NCBI GenBank assembly: GCA_963666055.2
Contig: CAXWPH010000014.1
Span: forward strand, 128,001-192,000
Reading direction: 5' to 3'
Length of the DNA stretch: 64,000 nucleotides
Source: Acidobacteriota bacterium
Lineage (GTDB): Bacteria > Acidobacteriota > UBA890 > WLXD01
The notes beneath the pieces were generated by a model. That model ran no database searches and had not been told where the DNA came from. It saw only the letters and a list, made by a program, of their open reading frames with translations. The position numbers were made by a program, and so were the translations under genes. Shown here in pieces: positions 20,631 to 30,646 of the stretch. Within the stretch, counting starts at the first letter, position 1. Every line of letters starts with the position of its first letter.

Positions 20631-21422
20631 ATGCGGGATACGAGCTTTCGGTTGGATAAAAAGGTAGCTGTGGTATGCGGTGCGGCGTCCGGAATTGGCG
20701 CCGCGGTGGCGCGGGGATTCGGCGCGCGTGGGGCGCGCGTCGTCTGCCTCGATCTCAATGAGGAGGCTGCACGAGAGGTCGCCAAGGCGATACGAGACAC
20801 CGGTGGCGAGGCTAGCAGCAGTCCACTGGACATCCGTGACAGCGGGGCGGTCGGCCGCTCCTTCGGGCGCACAACCGAGCAGCATGACCACATCGACATC
20901 GTCGTTTCGACCCCGAGCGTAAACGTACGCAAGACCGTGCTCGACTACGCTCCCGAGGAGCTCGACCGGGTCATCGACGTCAACCTCAAAGGTACCTTCA
21001 ACGTGCTTCAGGCAGCAGGTCGGATCATGGCAGCACAGCGCTGCGGCAGCATCATCGCCTACTCGTCGATCCGCGCGCTGGTCGTCGAGCCCGGCCAAGG
21101 AGTCTACGCTGCGACCAAGGCCGGCATCGTGCAGCTGGTACGGGCGCTGGCAGCGGAGCTTGGCCCCTCTGGCGTGCGCGTCAACGCCATCGCGCCCGGA
21201 GTGGTCGACACCCCGCTGACCGAGCCGATCAAGAGGAACGAGGGCTGGTACGAGGCTTACGCCGACAGGAACGCGCTTGGGCGATGGGCGCGGGTCGAGG
21301 AGATGGTCGGTCCGGCGGTCTTTCTGGCGTCCGAAGCCGCCAGTTATGTCACCGGGGCTGTGTTGTTCGTTGATGGCGGATGGACGGCGATCGACGGGCG
21401 CTTCTCGCCTCCTGGAATATGA
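20631..21422 (+). CDS. Short-chain dehydrogenase/reductase
   Basis: VAVVCGAASGIG, catalytic YAATK, VRVNAIAPG and YVTGAVLFVDGG. Confidence 0.92.
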   Translation: MRDTSFRLDKKVAVVCGAASGIGAAVARGFGARGARVVCLDLNEEAAREVAKAIRDTGGEASSSPLDIRDSGAVGRSFGRTTEQHDHIDIVVSTPSVNVRKTVLDYAPEELDRVIDVNLKGTFNVLQAAGRIMAAQRCGSIIAYSSIRALVVEPGQGVYAATKAGIVQLVRALAAELGPSGVRVNAIAPGVVDTPLTEPIKRNEGWYEAYADRNALGRWARVEEMVGPAVFLASEAASYVTGAVLFVDGGWTAIDGRFSPPGI

Positions 21423-21482
21423 GCCCCAGAGGCCGTGGTTGAAGTGTCCGGTTCGAGCATGAACCGTGAACGAGGAGCTGCA

Positions 21483-22454
21483 ATGAACGACCGGCGCTTG
21501 GCCCGAATGCTCCACGACGACGTTCCCACCCTCTTCGAGGCCCCGATCGCCGACCAGGAGTTGTCGGGAGTCGTTCTGCTGGGCGTACCATACGAGGGAG
21601 TCCTGGTAGGCGACCGGCACACGCTGTATCCACCAGGCTCGCGACCGCCCGAGACCTTCTACGCACGCCATGGCGCCGACGCGGCGCCCGACGCAATTCG
21701 CCGAACGAGCGTCATCTACTCGCTCGAGCACGACGGCGGCGTCGCTGCCGAGCTCGATTTCGCCCGGCTGTCGGACGAGCTGCACCTAGTGGACGCCGGC
21801 AACCACTCCCTCGAGAGTTGCGAGCAGCTGGCATGCTCGGTGGCGGAGGCCGGAGGCGTAACGGTCGCCCTGGGCGGCGATCACCTCGTGCCGCTACCTT
21901 TGATCCGCGGGTTGCAGCAAGGGCATCAGCGACGCCTGGCGGTCGTCGTCTTCGATTCGCACCTCGACCTCCACGCAGCTCCTCCGCTATGGGCGGGCTC
22001 GCAATGGCGAACGCTGATCGACGCCGGGCACCTGCGACCCTCCGATCTGACCATTGTCGGTCCTCGCGGCGTACGACATTCCCTGTCGGAGATCGAATAC
22101 GCACGCCAACATGGCGTCCACGTCGTGCCGCTACGCGAGCTCGACGACAGAGGAATCGCCGCCGTTTGTGCGGAGCTGGCCGGGCGTCTCCAAGAAGCCG
22201 ACGCGGTCTACGTGTCGCTCGATATCGACGTCGTAGATCCCAGCTTCTGCCCCGCCCAGAAGTACCCGGACGCCGCCGGACTTGCGCCCCGCGAGATCCT
22301 CAGGGTGATGCACGCGGCGGTTACAGCGGCGACCTTCGCCGGCTTCGATTTGTGCTGCCTATCACCCCGCTATGACGAGGGCCAGCGCGGCGCTCTGCTG
22401 GCTGCACGCTTCGCCCTCGAGGCGGTGTACGCCTGTCGCGGCGCCGTCGGCTGA
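21483..22454 (+). CDS. Ureohydrolase (arginase/agmatinase superfamily), divergent
   Basis: LLGVPYE, LGGDH, FDSHLD and VYVSLDIDVVDP metal-ligand motifs. Confidence 0.82.
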   Translation: MNDRRLARMLHDDVPTLFEAPIADQELSGVVLLGVPYEGVLVGDRHTLYPPGSRPPETFYARHGADAAPDAIRRTSVIYSLEHDGGVAAELDFARLSDELHLVDAGNHSLESCEQLACSVAEAGGVTVALGGDHLVPLPLIRGLQQGHQRRLAVVVFDSHLDLHAAPPLWAGSQWRTLIDAGHLRPSDLTIVGPRGVRHSLSEIEYARQHGVHVVPLRELDDRGIAAVCAELAGRLQEADAVYVSLDIDVVDPSFCPAQKYPDAAGLAPREILRVMHAAVTAATFAGFDLCCLSPRYDEGQRGALLAARFALEAVYACRGAVG

Positions 22455-22464
22455 CGGCTCTCAA

Positions 22465-23172
22465 TCACCTCGAGATTGCCGAGCTGGCGCGGTCGGTGAG
22501 CTCGGCAAGCTGCTGCGCGAGCTTTCTGTCGGCGCTCGCGAGCGCCGCGGCGTCGGCATCTCGGGGCACCCACAGATGTGGCCCGTAGACGAAGACGCCA
22601 TGGGCGAAGGGCAGCGGTAGCAGCATGCGGTCCCAACTCCGCAGCCGCCAGCATCGCGAGCAGTCAAAAGCGACCGGTAGCAGCGGCCGACCGGTTGCCT
22701 TGGCAATCCACGTTGCCCCCGGCTGCACGACGCGGGCCGGGCCGCGTGGCCCATCTGGAGTAATGCCCAGGTCGCGGCCGCGCTGCGCTGCCCTGAGCAT
22801 GCCGCGAGCCGCTGCTGCGCCACCGCGCGAACTCGATCCACGCACGGCGTCAACACCCAGATAAGCGAACAGACGGGCCATCACCGCGCCATCGCGCGAG
22901 CGCGAGATCGGCACCGAGGTGGGCGGACGAAACTGTACCCACGGCATCATCACAAGCTGCTCGTGCCAGAAGGTGTAGATAACCGGCCCGCCGTCTTGCG
23001 GAAGAGCATCGGCAGCCCCTTCGCGCGTCACCCGCATCGTGGCGTGCACCATACGCAGATACGCCGCCCCCAACGGAGCGATGAGCGCCCGGGGGCTCAA
23101 CGCACGCAGCACGTCCGTGGCGTCGCTCGCCTCCTGACGACTCGCCATCGGGCCGTTGGCCCGCGATGCCAT
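22465..23172 (-). CDS. DUF374 / lysophospholipid acyltransferase family protein
   Basis: YTFWHE, ISRSRDG, VRGSSSRGG, ITPDGPRGP and SWDRMLLPLPF; follows lpxB-msbA. Confidence 0.85.
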   Translation of the reverse strand: MASRANGPMASRQEASDATDVLRALSPRALIAPLGAAYLRMVHATMRVTREGAADALPQDGGPVIYTFWHEQLVMMPWVQFRPPTSVPISRSRDGAVMARLFAYLGVDAVRGSSSRGGAAAARGMLRAAQRGRDLGITPDGPRGPARVVQPGATWIAKATGRPLLPVAFDCSRCWRLRSWDRMLLPLPFAHGVFVYGPHLWVPRDADAAALASADRKLAQQLAELTDRASSAISR

Positions 23173-23214
23173 CAGCGATACTCCGCGTCGCCGCGGCACG
23201 CTACCACGGCGCGC

Positions 23215-25023
23215 TCAGCCTTCGAGGGCAAATCCGGACCCGGCGGCGGCGGCGAAATCCAATGAGTAGAGTCTCTGGTAGGCACCCATACGCGCCAGAA
23301 GCTGCTCGTGTGTCCCCTGTTCGGCCACCCGACCGCTCTCGATCACCACGATGAGATCGGCTCCCTGGATGGTCGACAACCGATGCGCAATGATGAGCGT
23401 CGTGCGGCCTTCCATCAAGTTGACCAAAGCCTCCTGCACCAGCCGGTCTGACCGCACGTCGAGATTGCTCGTAGCTTCGTCGAGGATAAGGATCGGGGCG
23501 TTCTTCAACAACGCGCGGGCGATCGCGATGCGTTGGCGTTGCCCACCCGAGAGCCGCAGGCCGAGCTCTCCGAGGACCGTGTCGTAGCCGCTCGGCAACT
23601 GCTCGATGAAGTCGTGCGCAAAGGCCGCGCGCGCCGCGCGCTGAACCGCCGCGTCCGAGATACCGGGTTGGCAATAGGCGATATTGCTACGGACGCTGTC
23701 GTTGAACAGGATGGTCTCTTGCGTTACCACGGCAATCTGGTTGCGCAGATCGTCGAGGCAAATATCTCTCAGGTCGACACCATCGATACTCACCACCCCC
23801 GCGGTCGGAACATAGAACCGCGGGATCAGGTTGGCGAGGGTGGACTTGCCGGAGCCCGACGAGCCGACCAGCGCCACCGCGCTGCCGGCCCGTATCTCGA
23901 GGTCGATATCGTGCAGGATCCTTTCGTCGGGCGCGTCTTCGTAGGCGAAGGAGACCTGTTCCAGTCGGATTCCCTCGACCAGGGGTGGCATCGGAAGGTC
24001 GGTCGACCTACCCGGGATGATGTTGGCGGTACCGGCCGCAGCGGCGGCCAGCCCGGCTCGCAGCGGCTCGAGCGGCGCGTCGAGGATTTCGTAGATACGA
24101 TCGGCCGCAGCGGCAGCAGCCTGGATCCGTACGTTGGCCGAGCTCAACCGGCGCAGCGGAGCGTAGGTCGCAAAGGCGGCAAAGAGCACTCGCGCCAGAT
24201 CCCCGGTCGAAAGGCTCCCTGTAGTGATTCGCCAGGAGCCGTAGATCATCACCAGAGCACCGGCGCTGGCGGCGATGAACTCGATCAGCGGCGAGCCGAT
24301 GCTGGCCAGCCGTTCGGCGTGCAGCGAATGTCGGTACAAGCGCTCGGCCGATCGGCGGAACTTCTCGGTCTCCGCCTGCTCCATACCGAACGCCTTGACG
24401 ACGCGAATGCCAGTAAGAGTTTCCTGCAACAGCGACGACAGCTGCCCGAGGCCCCGCTGGGCCTCGTGGCTGACCCGGCGCAGACCCTGCCCCAGCCAAG
24501 CAATAACCGCTACTAGCAACGGAGCAACCACCAGGATCAGCAAGGTCAAGAGCCAATCCGTGGCGAACATGATCCCCAAGTAGACCGTCAGCGTGGCGCT
24601 TTCGCGCAACAGGTCGACCAGAACCCGCGTCAGCGCTTCCTGAATCGCCATCACGTCGCTGGTCACACGCGACATGAGACCGCCGGTTGTGCGGCGCTTG
24701 TGGAAGGCGAGCGGCAAGAACTGCAGATGGCCGTAGAGCCGCACTCGCAGATCCTTGACCACCGCGAACCCGACGCTGCCCATGAGGTAGCTGGACGAGT
24801 AACGCGCGATTCCCAGCGTCAGGTACAGGAGCACGACCACACCTGCCAGCATGCGCACATACGACGACTGCGCGCTCGGCTGAAACGCATCGTCGATCAC
24901 CGGCTTGACCATCCAGAGGATGGCGCCGTTGGCCGCTGCCACGACCCCCATAGCCATGATGGCGCCGGACATTCGCGGCGCATACGGCCGGACCATTCTG
25001 AGCAGGCGCTTGAGATTGGCCAT
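23215..25023 (-). CDS. msbA: MsbA-like ABC exporter (lipid A flippase)
   Basis: Six-TM domain plus NBD with GSSGSGKST, LSGGQRQR, ILDEATS and IAHRLST; coupled to lpxB. Confidence 0.8.
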   Translation of the reverse strand: MANLKRLLRMVRPYAPRMSGAIMAMGVVAAANGAILWMVKPVIDDAFQPSAQSSYVRMLAGVVVLLYLTLGIARYSSSYLMGSVGFAVVKDLRVRLYGHLQFLPLAFHKRRTTGGLMSRVTSDVMAIQEALTRVLVDLLRESATLTVYLGIMFATDWLLTLLILVVAPLLVAVIAWLGQGLRRVSHEAQRGLGQLSSLLQETLTGIRVVKAFGMEQAETEKFRRSAERLYRHSLHAERLASIGSPLIEFIAASAGALVMIYGSWRITTGSLSTGDLARVLFAAFATYAPLRRLSSANVRIQAAAAAADRIYEILDAPLEPLRAGLAAAAAGTANIIPGRSTDLPMPPLVEGIRLEQVSFAYEDAPDERILHDIDLEIRAGSAVALVGSSGSGKSTLANLIPRFYVPTAGVVSIDGVDLRDICLDDLRNQIAVVTQETILFNDSVRSNIAYCQPGISDAAVQRAARAAFAHDFIEQLPSGYDTVLGELGLRLSGGQRQRIAIARALLKNAPILILDEATSNLDVRSDRLVQEALVNLMEGRTTLIIAHRLSTIQGADLIVVIESGRVAEQGTHEQLLARMGAYQRLYSLDFAAAAGSGFALEG

Positions 25024-26219
25024 CAGATCGCAGGTTCTTTGGACGGTGCCGAAGTCAGAGTGGCAAGAACGGCCCGCGCGGCGCGCGCCGAAGCACCGGG
25101 TTCGCCGAGTGTCGCGCGCACACCCGTCAGAAAGCGCCTGACCCGAGCCCTGTGCTCTTCGTCGTTCAGTAGCGGCCGCAGCTCGGTGACGATCGCGTCC
25201 GAAGTAACCTGGTGCTGGAGCAGCTCAGGCACGCCGCGGTGCCCGGCGACCACATTGACCAGAGCGATATCTGGGATGCGCACGAGTAACTTTCCGAGAT
25301 TGTAAGTGAGCCAGGATGTCCTGTAAACGACGACCTCGGGCGTCCCGAGCAGTGCCACCTCCAGCGTCGCAGTACCAGAGCAGACCACCGCCGCCCGGGC
25401 ATGTCGGACCGCCTCGTAGGTGTCGTTCTCGATCAGGTGCACGTGCCGCGCCAACTCGGCGCCGAGCCCCTCGAGAATTCGTGTGTAGATCTCGCCGTCA
25501 AGCGCCCCCGCCGCCGGCACGATGTACTCGTAGGCACCCTCGCGGGCCAATTGTGCAGCTGCTGCCAACATCGTCGGCAACAGCCGTTCCACCTCGGCGG
25601 CGCGACTGCCGGGTAGCAGCCCTACCCAAGTGCGATCGAGATCGAGCCCGTGACGCTGGGCAAAGGCGCCCACATCACCGTCGGCCGGGATCACGTCCAA
25701 CAGAGGATGCCCGACGAACTCCACCGGCAATCCAGCTCCTTCGTAGAGCGCCTTCTCGAACGGTAGGATCACCAGCATGCGATCCACCAGTCGTGCAATC
25801 TGCCGTACGCGGCCTCGACGCCACGCCCAGACTTGCGGGCTGATGTAGTAGACGATCGGCAAGTCGGGCCGGACGCGGCGAAGCCGGCGGGCAAGTGCCA
25901 GGTTGAAGTCCGGATAATCGATCAGCACCACGGCGCGAACTCGCCGTATGGTGGCCGCGTCGAGCACGCGGCGCATGGCACGGCGGATATCGCCAAGGTG
26001 GCCGAGAACCTCGGTGATGCCGACCACCGCCAGGTTGCGATAGTGCACCAGCAGTTCGGCCCCGGCCGCGGCAATCAAATCGCCACCGACAGCGATGATG
26101 TCGATCTGTGGCTGTAGCCGCTTGATCTCGCGGATGAGACTGCTGCCGTGCAGGTCGCCCGATGCCTCTCCGGCGACCATGAGCAGGTCGGCATCGAGCT
26201 GCTGCGGTGCCGCCATCAC
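25023..26219 (-). CDS. lpxB: Lipid-A-disaccharide synthase
   Basis: AGEASGDLHG, IDYPDFN, YYISPQVWAWR, ILPFE, FVGHPL, LLPGSR and SGTATLE. Confidence 0.95.
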   Translation of the reverse strand: MMAAPQQLDADLLMVAGEASGDLHGSSLIREIKRLQPQIDIIAVGGDLIAAAGAELLVHYRNLAVVGITEVLGHLGDIRRAMRRVLDAATIRRVRAVVLIDYPDFNLALARRLRRVRPDLPIVYYISPQVWAWRRGRVRQIARLVDRMLVILPFEKALYEGAGLPVEFVGHPLLDVIPADGDVGAFAQRHGLDLDRTWVGLLPGSRAAEVERLLPTMLAAAAQLAREGAYEYIVPAAGALDGEIYTRILEGLGAELARHVHLIENDTYEAVRHARAAVVCSGTATLEVALLGTPEVVVYRTSWLTYNLGKLLVRIPDIALVNVVAGHRGVPELLQHQVTSDAIVTELRPLLNDEEHRARVRRFLTGVRATLGEPGASARAARAVLATLTSAPSKEPAI

Positions 26220-26410
26220 CCCGACACTCCGATCAGTCGCTGAAGCCTCGTGTGCATCGCTCAGAACCCCTCGATCGCCTAGAGGGTACCCGATGCTCCT
26301 CCGCCCTGAGCGCTTCAGGCGGCGATCCGAAGCCCGCGGCGGGCCCCACCCGTGCTACCATTCGAACCCTGCCGCACCTGCCTCCGCCGCGGCAATCCCA
26401 CGCCTCCCGG

Positions 26411-27529
26411 ATGCACGTCTGTATCGACTACCGCCCGGCGCTTCACGAGAGTACGGGCGTTGGCACCTACGTTCGCGGCCTTCTGGCCGCCCTCGTCAGT
26501 GCCTTCCCCGACGACCGCCATACGGCGTTCTCTGCCTCGTGGAAACACCGCCTCGCTTCCATCCCCGACGCTCCCGGCGCTCGGATACGCGACGTGCGTT
26601 TGCCGGTGCGGCTGGTCGACTGGCTGTGGCATCGGCGCCGATGGCCGCCGGTGGAGCGCTGGGTCGGCGCGATCGACATCGCTCACTCGCCCTCGCCGAT
26701 GCTCGTTCCCACGCGTAAGGCCCGTCGGCTGGTCACGGTGCACGACTGCTACTTTGCACGCCGGCCCGACGACGTGTCGGGGGCGGTTCGTCGCGACTAC
26801 GTACCTCTGGTCGCCGACTCCCTGCGCCGCGCCGACGCGGTGATCGCCGTTTCCGAAACCACCAAGCAAGAGCTACAGGAGCTCTTCGATGTGGCGCCCG
26901 AGCGTATCCACGTCACGTACAACGGCGTCGACGCCGCATACGGACGCGGGGATGTGGCAGACAAGCAGGCAACGCGAACAGCGCTCGGAGTCGATCGTCC
27001 CTACTTGCTGTTCGTCGGACGACGCGATCCGCGCAAGGATCTGGCTACCCTGCTGGCGGGATTCGCCCCGCTTGCTGCCCGCCACCCGGATCTCGACCTG
27101 CTGTTGGTAGGCCCGGACGGTTATCGCTGGGAGCGGATATGGGATGCGGCCCCACCCAGCGCACGGCAGCGTAGCCGCTGCATGCCCCACCAGCCGAGCG
27201 CCCGCCTCGCCGCTCTGTATGACGGTGCAGAGGCTCTCGTGCTGAGCTCGCGCTGGGAGGGATTCGGGCTCACCGCCGTCGAGGCCATGGCCTCCGGTAC
27301 GCCGGTCGTATCGTCGCGCGCCGGAGCCCTGCCCGAAGTTCTGGGTGATGCGGCCGCCTGGTTCGATGTTGGCGATGCGGAGGGGATGGCGCAGGCCTGC
27401 GATCGGGTGATCTCCGACTCGAGCTATCGCCAGAGTCTGGTTGCTGCAGGCAACGGCTGTGCGGCTCGCTACACGTGGCAAGACACCGCCGAACGCACCC
27501 GTTCCGTCTACCATCAGCTGCTGGCATGA
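26411..27529 (+). CDS. Glycosyltransferase family 4
   Basis: IDYRPAL..TGVGTY, VTVHD, IAVSETTK, RKDL and EGFGLTAVEAMASGTPV. Confidence 0.9.
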   Translation: MHVCIDYRPALHESTGVGTYVRGLLAALVSAFPDDRHTAFSASWKHRLASIPDAPGARIRDVRLPVRLVDWLWHRRRWPPVERWVGAIDIAHSPSPMLVPTRKARRLVTVHDCYFARRPDDVSGAVRRDYVPLVADSLRRADAVIAVSETTKQELQELFDVAPERIHVTYNGVDAAYGRGDVADKQATRTALGVDRPYLLFVGRRDPRKDLATLLAGFAPLAARHPDLDLLLVGPDGYRWERIWDAAPPSARQRSRCMPHQPSARLAALYDGAEALVLSSRWEGFGLTAVEAMASGTPVVSSRAGALPEVLGDAAAWFDVGDAEGMAQACDRVISDSSYRQSLVAAGNGCAARYTWQDTAERTRSVYHQLLA

Positions 27530-28605
27530 AGGTCGCCGTCGACGCCCGTGAGATGGCCGGTCGCCGAACAGGCGTCGGTCGCGTGATTCAGGGACTGCTG
27601 GAGGCATGGCCCGAAGGCGATGAGATCTGCCTGATAAGCCGCACACCTCTGGCTACCGCGCCGCTGCGTTCGGGGTGGGGCACAATCGTCGATTCCGGAT
27701 CCGCCGCGATGCCGGGTGCGGTATGGGAGCAACTTCGCCTGCCGCGCGTGGTGCGCCACAGCGGCGCCGACGCCCTCCTCGCTCCCAACTACAGCATGCC
27801 ACTGCGCGCTCCCTGCCCTACTGCCGTATGCATGCATGACTGTGCACCGTTCGCGGTGCCACAGGGTTTTAGGCCACGCGAACGGTGGCGTCGGCGCGTC
27901 GGCGCGCGCATCGCAGCGCGCCGAGCGGCCTTCCTCTTCATGGGGTCACGCTTCGCGGCCGACGAGGCCCAGAAGCACCTCGCGGTCCTCCAGGAGCGTC
28001 TGCTGGTGGTCCCCTGGGGGCTTACGCGTGGCTTCGGCGCGGTCTCGGATGAACGCGTTGTCGCCGTACGAGAGCGCTACCGAATCCGCGGCCGCAGCGT
28101 GCTGTTCGTCGGCTCGGGCCTGCAGCGACGTGGCCTTCAGGATCTCGACAACTGGATGACGGAGATAGCCGCCACTCGCCCCGACGTGGAGTTTCTCGCG
28201 GCGGGAACCCGGCCCGAGGCGGGGAGTAACGAGACTTCGATGCGGCACCTCGGGTACGTCCACGAGGACGACCTGGCGCCCCTGTACGCCGCAGCCACCG
28301 TCGTTGCCTACCCATCGTCGTATGAGGGCTTCGGGCTGTCCGTGCTCGAGGCGCTCGCCTGTGGCACGCCCGCGGTAGTATCGGCCACATCGGCCCTGGC
28401 GGAGGTCTACGCCGACCATGCGCGCCTCGTTCCGCATGGAGACGGGACCGCGTGGAAGACCGCGCTGGCCGCACTGCTCGACGACGAGACCGAGCGTCAA
28501 CGCACTATCGACGCCGGGACCGCATGGGCTCGAGCCCAGAGTTGGCAGCCTAGCGCCACGCGTCTGCGGGACCGGCTTGCGACCGCTGCAGGCGACCGGC
28601 AATGA
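27526..28605 (+). CDS. Glycosyltransferase family 4
   Basis: MKVAVDAR..TGVGR, WEQ.RLP and YPSSYEGFGLSVLEALACGTP; ATGA overlap. Confidence 0.9.
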   Translation: MKVAVDAREMAGRRTGVGRVIQGLLEAWPEGDEICLISRTPLATAPLRSGWGTIVDSGSAAMPGAVWEQLRLPRVVRHSGADALLAPNYSMPLRAPCPTAVCMHDCAPFAVPQGFRPRERWRRRVGARIAARRAAFLFMGSRFAADEAQKHLAVLQERLLVVPWGLTRGFGAVSDERVVAVRERYRIRGRSVLFVGSGLQRRGLQDLDNWMTEIAATRPDVEFLAAGTRPEAGSNETSMRHLGYVHEDDLAPLYAAATVVAYPSSYEGFGLSVLEALACGTPAVVSATSALAEVYADHARLVPHGDGTAWKTALAALLDDETERQRTIDAGTAWARAQSWQPSATRLRDRLATAAGDRQ

Positions 28606-29522
28606 GCGCCACACAAGTTGATGTCGTGGTGGTGAGCTTCAATCGCCGCGAGCTGTTGGCGAAGTGCTGCGAGAGCATCGCCGAGCTCGGCGCACGGGCC
28701 CACCTGATCGTGGTCGACAACGCCTCTGAGGATGGTAGCGCCGAGATGGTACGCGAGAGATTCCCGCAGGCCTCCCTCATCGCCAGCGACCGCAACCTGG
28801 GTTTCGGCCGCGCCGTCAATCGGGGTGCCGCCACCGGCAATGCGGCGTTGCTGCTGCTGCTGAACAGCGACGCCGAGCTGCTCCCGGGAGCCTATGCCGC
28901 GTTGGCGGCGGCGCTCCGTGACGACTCCGACGCAGCCGCAGTCGGGCCCCGCCTGACCGACCAGCACGGCCGCACCGAGCTGTCCGTCGGCCGCACCCTG
29001 AGCCTGTCCAACGAAGCGTGGTTCAAGATCCTCGGAAGCGCACACCACGCCAGACTCCCGATGCTGCACGGTCTCGTCGAGCGCCGCTACGGGCGAGCCC
29101 GAAAGACGCGATCGTTAAGCGCCGCATGCCTACTGCTGCGCCGTGAGGCTTTCGATCAGTTGGGAGGCCTCGATGAGCGCTTCTTCCTCTATGCCGAAGA
29201 CGTCGACCTGTGCCGCAGGCTGGCTCGGGCCGGCTGGCATCTGCGCTATGTTCCCGAGGCGCGCGTAAAGCATCGCCGTGGCGCTTCCGCAGCAGTGCAG
29301 CCCGTGCTGAGCGAGCGCTGGTATCGCGCCAGCCAGATTGCCTTCTACGACAAGCACCGCTCCCGCGTCGCTCTGGCCAGCTTGCGCATGTATCTGCACA
29401 TTCGCTATGCGCTGATGTCGCGGTTCGGAGACCGGAAGCGACGCATGCGGGCGCGCGCCGTTGCCGACTGGCTGCGCGGCGAACCGGCGGCGACGGCGGC
29501 TGACACGGCGAGCCACAGTTGA
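28602..29522 (+). CDS. Glycosyltransferase family 2 (WbbL-like)
   Basis: VVVVSFN, VVDNASEDGS, NLGFGRAVN, LLNSD and LDERFFLYAEDVDLC. Confidence 0.9.
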   Translation: MSATQVDVVVVSFNRRELLAKCCESIAELGARAHLIVVDNASEDGSAEMVRERFPQASLIASDRNLGFGRAVNRGAATGNAALLLLLNSDAELLPGAYAALAAALRDDSDAAAVGPRLTDQHGRTELSVGRTLSLSNEAWFKILGSAHHARLPMLHGLVERRYGRARKTRSLSAACLLLRREAFDQLGGLDERFFLYAEDVDLCRRLARAGWHLRYVPEARVKHRRGASAAVQPVLSERWYRASQIAFYDKHRSRVALASLRMYLHIRYALMSRFGDRKRRMRARAVADWLRGEPAATAADTASHS

Positions 29523-30646
29523 TGCGAGTCGCCATCGATGCCCGCAAGATCAACGACTACGGGATCGGGGCGTATCTGCGGGGGCTGGTCGATGCGAGCG
29601 CCCGGGCTCGCCCTGACTGGCGCTTCGTGTTGATCGGCGACCCCAGGGCCGCGCCAGAGCTCGACGAGCACGCCAACGTCACATGGATCGCCAATTCTTC
29701 TCGAAAGTACGGAGTCGGCGAGCTCGTCAGCCTGCCGCGCGCTGTCCACAGGGCACGTGCCGACGTATTCCACGCACCACACTACGTCGTTCCACCGAGG
29801 CTACCGTGCCCGCTGGTGGTGACGGTGCACGATTGCATCCACTTGCGCTTTCGTGGCCAGCTGCCGCGGCCGCTCGGCTTCTTGCCTCGGTCTCTGAGCT
29901 ACGCGTACGCACGCACCATGATGGGTCATGCGGTGGCCAGCGCCGTCCGAGTGATCGCCGTCTCCGAGTCCACCTGCCAGGACCTCATCGAGCGCTTGTC
30001 GGCTCCGATCGACCGCCTCCGCGTTGTACTAAACGGCGCCAGCGAGTTCTGGCACGAACCTACGCCAGAGCCACAGGCCACTGCGATCGCGCGGCGCCTC
30101 GAGCTGCCCGAGCGCTACCTGCTGTGGGTCGGTAACCCGAAGCCACATAAGAACCTGGAGCGGCTGGTATGCGCGTTCGAGCGACTCGCGCAACAGCACG
30201 AAGACCTCCACCTGTTGCTGGCCGGTGCGAGACCTGCCCAGGTGGACGCTCTGACGCGCCCCCGGATCCGCCCGGAGCGGTGTCGAGCGCTCGGGAAGAT
30301 CAGCAACCAGGCGTTGCGGCTATTGTACGAGCGCGCCACGGCGCTGGTGCTGCCGTCGCTCTGGGAGGGATTCGGACTCCCGGCGCTCGAAGCCATGGCC
30401 GCCGGAGCGCCGGTGGTTGCAGCGGATGTGGGTGGGTTGCGGGAGATCGTCGGTACGGCGGGCGTGTTGGTGGATCCGGGCAAGACCGATTCGATCGCCG
30501 CTGGAGTCGCGCGCCTGCTCGACGACCGGAACCTATCGGAGGAGCTGCGCCGCCGCGGCCGCGAACGCGCCACACAGCTGAGCTGGGATCGAGCCGCCGA
30601 AGCCACCATGCTCGCCTACTCGGAAGCGGCGGGCGGTGCGACGTGA
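29522..30646 (+). CDS. Glycosyltransferase family 4
   Basis: MRVAIDARKINDYGIG, HAPHY, VTVHD, KPHKNL and EGFGLPALEAMAAG. Confidence 0.9.
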   Translation: MRVAIDARKINDYGIGAYLRGLVDASARARPDWRFVLIGDPRAAPELDEHANVTWIANSSRKYGVGELVSLPRAVHRARADVFHAPHYVVPPRLPCPLVVTVHDCIHLRFRGQLPRPLGFLPRSLSYAYARTMMGHAVASAVRVIAVSESTCQDLIERLSAPIDRLRVVLNGASEFWHEPTPEPQATAIARRLELPERYLLWVGNPKPHKNLERLVCAFERLAQQHEDLHLLLAGARPAQVDALTRPRIRPERCRALGKISNQALRLLYERATALVLPSLWEGFGLPALEAMAAGAPVVAADVGGLREIVGTAGVLVDPGKTDSIAAGVARLLDDRNLSEELRRRGRERATQLSWDRAAEATMLAYSEAAGGAT

